Source: a candidate division WOR-3 bacterium (lineage in GTDB: Bacteria > Hydrothermota > Tepidihabitantia > Tepidihabitantales > Tepidihabitantaceae). Taken from it: a stretch of DNA of 64,000 nucleotides. Shown here one piece after another: positions 58,401 to 64,000 of the stretch. The stretch covers positions 19,285-83,284 of the forward strand of contig CBFGJV010000001.1 in assembly GCA_965649205.1 (NCBI GenBank), given 5' to 3'. Positions within the stretch are counted from its first letter, which is position 1. Each line of letters starts with the position of its first letter. Made by a program: the position numbers and the translations under genes. The notes beneath the pieces are model-generated. The model was not told where the DNA came from. It made no database searches and was given only the letters and a program-made list of their open reading frames with translations.

Positions 58401-58957
58401 CTCTTGACGCTGGCAACCCGGTACTGCCTCCTTCCCTTGTAAATATATACACCTGGTATGATTCAACCGGCACCAGACTGGACAGCGCAGGTATGTGCGA
58501 ATTAGAGCGTGGTTCGGGTACGCTCCTGCGCAGGTTCAAGTTTTCCGACCCGGCCTGGCATGCTCAGGGTATCGAATACGACCCGCGCGATGGCAGTTAC
58601 TGGGTAACTCTGATGCATAACGGCACTGTCCGAGATCAAATAGTTAAGGTATCCGGATTCAACCTACCGGTGGGCACGAAAGAGTACAATTCCGTGTCCG
58701 GAGCTGTCCCGCGCCTGCTGGAGGTGAAGCCCAATCCGTTCAGCTACTCAGTAACACTGCACTCCAATGTACCTGGCGGTATGGAGCTGTTTGTCTACGA
58801 CGCGAGCGGCAGGCAGGTGGATCTGATTACTCTTCAGACCGACGCTGGCAAAGGCCATTTTGTCTGGCAGCCGAGACATTTGGTTCCCGGGATTTACTTT
58901 CTCAGGGCCAGGGGTCAGGACGCAGAATCAGTTGTCAGAGTGGTTATTCTGAAATAG
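55496..58957 (+). CDS. gingipain-like cysteine peptidase (C25 family) with T9SS C-terminal domain
   Basis: Signal peptide. Peptidase_C25-like block YLVISHASYASE...LRWVLLVGEYAQIPQG. His/Cys region AYRGHGDYTEW...YNVACNCGD. CTD ...GIYFLRARGQDAESVVRVVILK. Confidence 0.7.
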   Translation: MRNRLLLLVAGLSGFAMAQQAWLSVANDTGRPKVKIKEQSALRTVFEVIVPGVNIEQIEAEGETFVRLSLPGEVMAVLEEGRPQVPKVSVLLGIPTGARVSTEVLSKKTRTFAVGTVYPLQPPLTDKQQQGTLAYDRRFYTQDVYFPGYDHRLIETGIWRDLAVANIQVYPVQVNPVRGTVEIASHILIEVNYSGGFYPKNVAEWMLPQYARYVDNFAELGLQPIDTYTSGVRYLVISHASYASESYLLDSLLGWVKKRGYETRVIAKTSFTAQEIKDSIRAEYLRNNPKALRWVLLVGEYAQIPQGSYSGVTRSDFWYSDLEPWPAGDNYPEIGICRLSPSSNADLINQIKKILQYQKSPPSTGNWLDKIALPAHREQYPGKYSGCTRGIYFMPKPYWNPSLVETIMGQFTGNAAVTAAINQGRNIVAYRGHGDYTEWSSWGTEGSWYNSHVDALANGSMTPVLYNVACNCGDIYQSECLSEKWMRKFPGGAVASLGATQPSYTLPNHGICSTLVRATSDTWTIAGARNYGPTVYNLADIKCYGVDAYVAKYWPSSPYPYNIWMYLMLGDPAMPVWCGGMPQIATVDVPATIPLGPYELSVSVSLGTRPVEGALVCAWKEPDFYVSGRTDATGQVTLPVNAVDPGEVLVTVSEGHAQRSVPGVVHTPILPYETTIRAGGAPVPNLVYVSSRILDVPPGGNNNGRLDPGETARLEITLRNAGGADCYNTRGIFRSTDARLQATDPHGSWGNIIRGGSASNTEDPFEVRADISILPGTVIPCTLSLTGDGAYYEKKLGISLTVGQPPNPPGNRLWGPKTGAGLPQTAGLQGIAYNPTDDNIYCCHYLSPYIYKYSSDSMLVSRGTIPAPADSCTDLAYCSYDNTFWVLANAKKRIYKITPDGTVLRSFSVAIASYPTGIAEEENSHVLYLIDRRLNREAPAYIYMLDTLGNVLGALDHPLAGNLGPRGLALDAGNPVLPPSLVNIYTWYDSTGTRLDSAGMCELERGSGTLLRRFKFSDPAWHAQGIEYDPRDGSYWVTLMHNGTVRDQIVKVSGFNLPVGTKEYNSVSGAVPRLLEVKPNPFSYSVTLHSNVPGGMELFVYDASGRQVDLITLQTDAGKGHFVWQPRHLVPGIYFLRARGQDAESVVRVVILK

Positions 58958-59005
58958 CCAGTCGCGGCGATCTCGGCACTAGGTTCCTCAACATTGCTGA
59001 CGGTT

Positions 59006-60163
59006 CTACAGTGCAAGAGCCAGCCCCACCGCGGCAGACAGGCCTAAAAGACCGCCGAGCAGAAAAGGAGCAGCCGGACCCAGTATCTTCCATAGAGCCC
59101 CGGCGAGAAGCGAAGCCGGCAGCAGGCCGATACCTACAAGTGTGGCATGCAGACCGATAAAGGTAGCGCGGAGGGGTTCTGGTGCAAGGTCGGCCACCAG
59201 AGCTTTTTCCTGACCTTCGGTCAGAGCGCTGAAAACCCCGTACAGCGCAAAAAGAGGCCAGACAAGCCAGGACCGGTTTGGAGGACCAAGCAAGGCAAAG
59301 CCAAGGTAAACCAGACCATACAGAGCGTAGCCAGCTACCAGCAGTCGTTTGCGACTGTTGGTAGCGTCCGCAATCTTGCCGGCCGGCCAGGAGAGCAGTC
59401 CATAAACTAGGTTGTAAACGAGGTAGGCTAAGAGCGTCGTAGCCACGGAGAAGCCGATAGTTCTGATGCGCAGAATCAAGAACTGATTGGAAGAGTTGCC
59501 CAACGCAAAAAGACCGGTCAGCACGAGAAAGTTACGCAGCTTCTTAGGCATTTTCCTCGGACCTGGCAGTGTTAGTTCACGCATGGTCTGATGGCGAAAA
59601 GTCTCACGTACAAAAAAGAGCATAATGACCCCGAGTACCTGTGGAATCAGGGCGATGAGGAATATGGGAGCGAAATCGGCCCGGCCGGGAGTTGCGGGAA
59701 ACCGCTGGACGAGCAGAATGGCTACGGTTACTCCTACAGCCGCGCCCAGAGTGTCCATGGCTCTGTGCAGACCGAACGCTCCGCTGCGTCGGCCCGGAGG
59801 AATGGAGTCGGCGATGAGAGCGTCGCGGGGAGCGTTGCGAATGCCCTTGCCTATCCGGTCAGCAAGTCGGCCGGCAAACACCAGCCCCCAGCCGCGGGCC
59901 AGATAGAACAAAAGCTTCCCAAGAGTTGAGCCGGCATAACCGATAATGGCAAGAGGCTTGCGCCGCCCCATCCGGTCAGAAATGCGTCCGGAAAAGACTT
60001 TGAGTAAAGACGCGGTACTCTCACTCAGACCCTCAATAAGTCCGAGTGCGGTCCACGGACTGGCCGTGAGTGTGGTGAGAAAAATCGGCAACAGAGGATA
60101 GACCATTTCGGTGGAAAGGTCGGTGAGGAAACTGGCAAGACCCGTAATTATGACGTTGAACAC
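59006..60163 (-). CDS. MFS transporter
   Basis: 12 predicted TM helices and the MFS signature GRISDRMGRRKPL...GRLADRIGKG. Confidence 0.8.
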   Translation of the reverse strand: MFNVIITGLASFLTDLSTEMVYPLLPIFLTTLTASPWTALGLIEGLSESTASLLKVFSGRISDRMGRRKPLAIIGYAGSTLGKLLFYLARGWGLVFAGRLADRIGKGIRNAPRDALIADSIPPGRRSGAFGLHRAMDTLGAAVGVTVAILLVQRFPATPGRADFAPIFLIALIPQVLGVIMLFFVRETFRHQTMRELTLPGPRKMPKKLRNFLVLTGLFALGNSSNQFLILRIRTIGFSVATTLLAYLVYNLVYGLLSWPAGKIADATNSRKRLLVAGYALYGLVYLGFALLGPPNRSWLVWPLFALYGVFSALTEGQEKALVADLAPEPLRATFIGLHATLVGIGLLPASLLAGALWKILGPAAPFLLGGLLGLSAAVGLALAL

Positions 60164-60175
60164 TATCCGTCCCGC

Positions 60176-61891
60176 TCAAGTGCGAAACGGTCGCACCCAG
60201 AGAATCAGCGTCTCCACAATCATCCAGAGCTCAAGGACAAGACAGACGGCGCTGACGAAGAAGAGCAACCAGTTGCCTATACTGGCGTATTGCAGCAGTC
60301 CGCGTGCCAGCGCCCAGCTGGTCATGGTTAGCATAAAAAGGGCCGGCAAGAGTGTTAGCCAGTAGAACCTGCTTCGTGACCTCAGCCAGGCGGTAACAAC
60401 CAGGAGTGCTAGCCCGGCCAGTAACTGATTCAGCGCACCGAATACCGGCCAGAGCGCAAGCGCACCAGCACCGTTTGTGCCGCTGGCAAAAGCTAGGGCT
60501 CCCGCGCTTCCTACGGCTATCGTGGTAGCGACCCAGGGGTTACTGAGAGCGGGTAGACGTACGGTGCGAGCCAGTTCTGAAACCACATAACGCTGAAGGC
60601 GAGTTGCGGTGTCGAGTGTTGTGGCGGCGAAACTGACCACTAGAACTCCCATTATTGCCACGGCTGCCCCCAGAGGAATGCCATAGCTTGAAAGCAAATT
60701 GGCGGCACCGGTGACAAATGCATCCAAGTTGGCGTTCATGCCCGATGCGGTGCCCCAACTGGCATAGTGGTGAGTCCAGGCGGCCACTCCTGTAAGCAGC
60801 GACCCGTCGGTGGCGCGATAGGACATACCGATGCCGGCACAGCAGGCGATGATAACCAGAACCGCCAACGCCGATTCCACGAGCATGGAGCCGTATCCTA
60901 CGAAAAGGGCGTCCGGTTCACGCGCCACCTGCTTGGAAGAGGTGCCAGATGAAACGAGGGCGTGGAACCCGGAAATGGCGCCACAGGCGATGGTTATGAA
61001 GAGAATCGGCCAGACTGGTGGAGCTCCGGGCACGGCCGAACGAAAGGCAGGTGCTACCAGAGGAACTCGGCCGGAAACTCCGGCAACCAGGACTCCTAGG
61101 GTCATTAGAACAAGCGCTATACCCAGTTCCCAAGCATTGATATAGTCGCGGGGCTGCAGTAGGGTAGTCACCGGCAAAACCGAAGCCGCAAAGGCGTATA
61201 TTAGCAGAATGATAGTCCAGACACCAGTAGCGGGAATGCCAAGTACTGGGGGCATAAGCAGGGGAAAACGCCAGCCGATTAGGATTGTCAGATACATAAG
61301 AATCACTGCGGCAATGTCGAAAAGCAGCAAACGATTAGCCAAACCGCGGCGATATACCAACCAGCCCAGAGTGACAGCAATAGGTATTTCTGACCAGACG
61401 GGAATGACTGCAGCGGGAAAGCGGTTGAAGATAAGAGCCATTACCAGACCGAATATGGCGATAACGACCCACAGAATAAGCATAACGATGAGGAAGAAAA
61501 TGATTCGTACGCGGGGGCCAATAAGCTCCCCGGTAATGTCGGCGATGGAACGTCCCTGATTGCGCATGGAGACCACTAGTGCGCCGAAGTCGTGGACGCC
61601 ACCCATCAGAATGGAGCCGAAGAACACCCAGATGAAGGCCGGAACCCAGCCCCAGATGACACCGATCGCCGGACCTACGATAGGGCCGGTACCGGCGATA
61701 GAGGTAAAATGGTGGCCAAAGATGATAATGCGTTTTGTCGGTACGTAGTCGCGGTTGTCGCGGAGCTCACTCGCGGGAACTTTCCTCGTCGGATCCAGCT
61801 TGAAAACGCGCCTGGCCAGAAAACGGCCATAAGTATTGTAGGCAAGAAGGTAGCCGGCGAATGTAGCGAGCATCAACAGGACCGTGGTCAT
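60176..61891 (-). CDS. cstA: carbon starvation protein A (peptide/pyruvate transporter family)
   Basis: N-terminal CstA block YNTYGRFLARRVFKLDP...DYVPTKRIIIFGHHFTSIAGTGPIVGPA. ~16 TM helices. Confidence 0.85.
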   Translation of the reverse strand: MTTVLLMLATFAGYLLAYNTYGRFLARRVFKLDPTRKVPASELRDNRDYVPTKRIIIFGHHFTSIAGTGPIVGPAIGVIWGWVPAFIWVFFGSILMGGVHDFGALVVSMRNQGRSIADITGELIGPRVRIIFFLIVMLILWVVIAIFGLVMALIFNRFPAAVIPVWSEIPIAVTLGWLVYRRGLANRLLLFDIAAVILMYLTILIGWRFPLLMPPVLGIPATGVWTIILLIYAFAASVLPVTTLLQPRDYINAWELGIALVLMTLGVLVAGVSGRVPLVAPAFRSAVPGAPPVWPILFITIACGAISGFHALVSSGTSSKQVAREPDALFVGYGSMLVESALAVLVIIACCAGIGMSYRATDGSLLTGVAAWTHHYASWGTASGMNANLDAFVTGAANLLSSYGIPLGAAVAIMGVLVVSFAATTLDTATRLQRYVVSELARTVRLPALSNPWVATTIAVGSAGALAFASGTNGAGALALWPVFGALNQLLAGLALLVVTAWLRSRSRFYWLTLLPALFMLTMTSWALARGLLQYASIGNWLLFFVSAVCLVLELWMIVETLILWVRPFRT

Positions 61892-62186
61892 GAGTGCTGA
61901 AGTATAAGGAGCGTCTGTTCGCGGTCAAGAAACAAGACAAGGCACTGCCCTCAGGGTAGCGACAGTGACTGTCTGAGACCTTATTTCGTAGCTACCCAAG
62001 TTGGCCGGATTCTTTCTTGCCCGATCATCGTCGCCTGAGACCGCGCCATGTCCTTATGCCACAGAACAGGACACTACTAGATGCTTCCAATACAGACCTG
62101 CTGGGGAAGCTGGTGAGGGGGAGAAGGACATTTTCGGGTATCTCATTGATTGGCCTGATGTTAACAGCGATAACCGCATACCGGCA

Positions 62187-62208
62187 CGTAATACTCATGA
62201 GTATTACG
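62187..62208. promoter_or_regulatory. perfect 22-bp palindrome CGTAATACTCATGAGTATTACG, 44 bp upstream of the 62252 gene
   Basis: Perfect inverted repeat. Its core matches the near-palindrome in front of the XRE regulator at 18256-18273, so it is a putative shared operator. Confidence 0.6.
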
Positions 62209-62251
62209 ACGGGCTTGCTTCCAGGTAGCGGTTTTCTAGAATTGTGTTAGT

Positions 62252-62848
62252 ATGGCGAAGGCGCGCGTCCGCATCTGGAGCGTCAGTTTCGGGTGGAAGC
62301 TGATAGTTATTCTTCTTGCCGCATCTTTGACCCAACAGGCCCGGGCCTGGACCTGCGGCAGCATCGTTGACGCCAGGTTGTTCTTTTCTGGCTATCGTTC
62401 TTTCACAGCTCTCAGATACGGTTTTGGCGCAAAACCGCCGTGGGGGCTGGGAATTGGCGCTGCCTGGTATGAGTGTTTTGGCAACTACGGGCCTCCCTGG
62501 CAGATGCAGAATATTCCTCTTGTCAGCTCCTGGCTGAGATATGTTGGCTGCGTCCTGCCTCATGCCGGAGACGATGTGTCCGGCAATCTGCCTCTTACGC
62601 TGTATTATGTGCCCTTTGTAAGGAAAAACAGCAGAGGAATGGCGCAACTTGTAACTTATGCGTCGCTTACAGCCAACTATTGGTTGGCTGAGCCGGCTTA
62701 CGCATATGCGAGTCTGGGCGCAGGCACAGAGCTAATCAGTTTGGAACTCGGCTGGTTGCGAACAGAATGGAAGGCGGAAGAAAATACGAAGCAGCAGATA
62801 CAGTTCCGCGCGGGGTTGCATATAGGTGTAGGCTGGGTCTTCAGATGA
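62252..62848 (+). CDS. small secreted/outer-membrane beta-barrel-like protein (hypothetical)
   Basis: Signal peptide KLIVILLAASLTQQARA, alternating amphipathic strands, and a C-terminal aromatic residue (GVGWVFR). Confidence 0.45.
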   Translation: MAKARVRIWSVSFGWKLIVILLAASLTQQARAWTCGSIVDARLFFSGYRSFTALRYGFGAKPPWGLGIGAAWYECFGNYGPPWQMQNIPLVSSWLRYVGCVLPHAGDDVSGNLPLTLYYVPFVRKNSRGMAQLVTYASLTANYWLAEPAYAYASLGAGTELISLELGWLRTEWKAEENTKQQIQFRAGLHIGVGWVFR

Positions 62849-62867
62849 GTTTTTCGTGTTGTAACGG

Positions 62868-63854
62868 ATGAAGTACAGAGCCAGATTCTGGAAACCGGAA
62901 GGGACAATGGTCCGCTGCGAGCTATGCCCGAACTTCTGTCTGATTGCCGAAGGTAAGCGCGGCCGTTGCCTCGGACGAATGAATGTCGGTGGCGAACTCT
63001 GGGCCGTAAACTACGGTGAGACTGTTGCCCTGCATATGGACCCCATAGAAAAGAAACCTCTGTACCATTTCCTGCCCGGTTCGGTTGTTCTTTCTGTGGC
63101 AACCTATGGCTGCAATCTTCTTTGTCCATTCTGTCAGAACTGGGAGATATCCCAAAAGATAGCGCCTGCGAACTACATGGCACCAGAGGAACTCGTGGAA
63201 GCAGCGCTGGAGAACCGTTCTCCGGCTGTAGCCTTCACCTACACCGAGCCTTTGATATGGTTTGAGTACCTGATGGATGTCTGTCCCCTGTTACACCGGG
63301 CCGGCGTGAAGAATGTGCTGGTTACCAACGGTATGATAAACCCTGCTCCGCTAGATGAACTGCTGCCTCACATTGACGCTATGAATGTGGACCTCAAATC
63401 GATTCGACCCGAGTTCTACGCAACTTATGTCAAAGGGTCGCTTGCCGCGGTGCAGAATACCCTGCGTCGGGCGGCTAGACGGTGCCATTTGGAGATAACA
63501 AATCTGCTCATACCTGGTCGCAACGACACGGAAGCAGAACTTGCCGAACTGGTGGCGTTTGTAGAGAGCCTGGGCCGTACGGTTCCCCTGCATTTTTCCC
63601 GCTACTTTCCCAGACACAAGTCGAATGAGCCGGCTACGCCTGAGAGCACCTTGTTGGCGGCGGCCGAACTGGCCAGAAGCAGACTGTACTATGTCTATCT
63701 GGGAAATGTGTCTACGCCAGCCCGCTTTCGTGATACCTTCTGTCCAAGCTGTGGTAATCTCCTTGTCGAACGCAGCCATTATCGGGGCAGTGTGAAGGGC
63801 ATAGAGGGGGGCAAATGTACTGTCTGCGACAGACCTGCCGATGTCGTGCTCTGA
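62868..63854 (+). CDS. AmmeMemoRadiSam-system radical SAM enzyme
   Basis: N-terminal VRCELCPNFCLIAEGKRGRC...DPIEKKPLYHFLPGSVVLSVATYGCNLLCPFCQNWEIS, which is the CxxxCxxC radical-SAM cluster plus the family-specific N-terminal Cys motif. Confidence 0.8.
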   Translation: MKYRARFWKPEGTMVRCELCPNFCLIAEGKRGRCLGRMNVGGELWAVNYGETVALHMDPIEKKPLYHFLPGSVVLSVATYGCNLLCPFCQNWEISQKIAPANYMAPEELVEAALENRSPAVAFTYTEPLIWFEYLMDVCPLLHRAGVKNVLVTNGMINPAPLDELLPHIDAMNVDLKSIRPEFYATYVKGSLAAVQNTLRRAARRCHLEITNLLIPGRNDTEAELAELVAFVESLGRTVPLHFSRYFPRHKSNEPATPESTLLAAAELARSRLYYVYLGNVSTPARFRDTFCPSCGNLLVERSHYRGSVKGIEGGKCTVCDRPADVVL

Positions 63855-63921
63855 GAGAATATATCTGCGTAAGATTGGCTTGATTAGCACGAAAGCCATG
63901 TTATTATAGCGGCGCGATATG

Positions 63922-64000
63922 CGCGGGCGCTCACTGCGTGCGGGTGGCCGTTCTGTCGGCCTCTTGGTTCTGGCTGTGCTGATAGCCGGAATAAGCGGCA
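63922..64000 (+). CDS. N-terminal fragment of a membrane/secreted protein (runs off window)
   Basis: ATG, basic N-terminus MRGRSLRAGGRS, then hydrophobic VGLLVLAVLIAGISG. Too short to classify. Confidence 0.3.

Overview
This 64-kb window is GC-rich (~58%) and most likely comes from an uncultivated anaerobic bacterium of the FCB group or a related candidate phylum. Evidence for that: at least six secreted proteins end in T9SS-type C-terminal sorting domains, there are PorV/FadL-like beta-barrel proteins, SusC-like TonB receptors and exbB-exbD-tonB clusters, and AGGAGG ribosome-binding sites are common.

The most notable element is a compact type V-B (Cas12b/C2c1) CRISPR-Cas locus on the minus strand at 11.1-17.8 kb. 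It has the order cas12b-cas4-cas1-cas2, then a ~350-bp spacer region that carries a candidate tracrRNA (two hairpins plus a 15-nt anti-repeat), then a 3-repeat/2-spacer mini-array whose repeat looks Cas12b-like (5'-GTCGG...CTAC). The cas12b gene is broken into three ORFs by an in-frame TAG at 17424-17426 and a 1-nt frameshift near 15556-15563, yet the RuvC-I/II/III and Nuc motifs are intact. This is either recent decay or an assembly error.

A divergent XRE-family HTH regulator sits beside the locus. It is preceded by a near-palindromic operator, TAATACTNATGAGTATTA, and a perfect copy of that palindrome recurs at 62.19 kb upstream of an OMP/AmmeMemoRadiSam operon.

The rest of the window encodes:
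- a quaternary-amine-type corrinoid methyltransferase module (MttB-family, two corrinoid proteins, MtbA-like) fused in synteny with a split cobalamin-dependent methionine synthase (separate activation-domain, B12 and Hcy-domain proteins, no pterin domain);
- an etfBA-hdrA-mvhD putative electron-bifurcation operon;
- tRNA-Glu(CUC);
- mfd, fhs, and an ECF sigma/anti-sigma/DUF4097/PDZ module;
- S8, M14 and C25 peptidases carrying T9SS C-terminal domains;
- cstA, an MFS transporter and two Ton systems.

Two unusual strand-biased low-complexity tracts are also present: one G-rich at 17.85-18.23 kb and one C-rich at 45.56-45.96 kb. They share CCGCCCGCC/CCCACCC motifs on the sense strand upstream of cas12b and upstream of the ECF sigma-factor gene cluster respectively.
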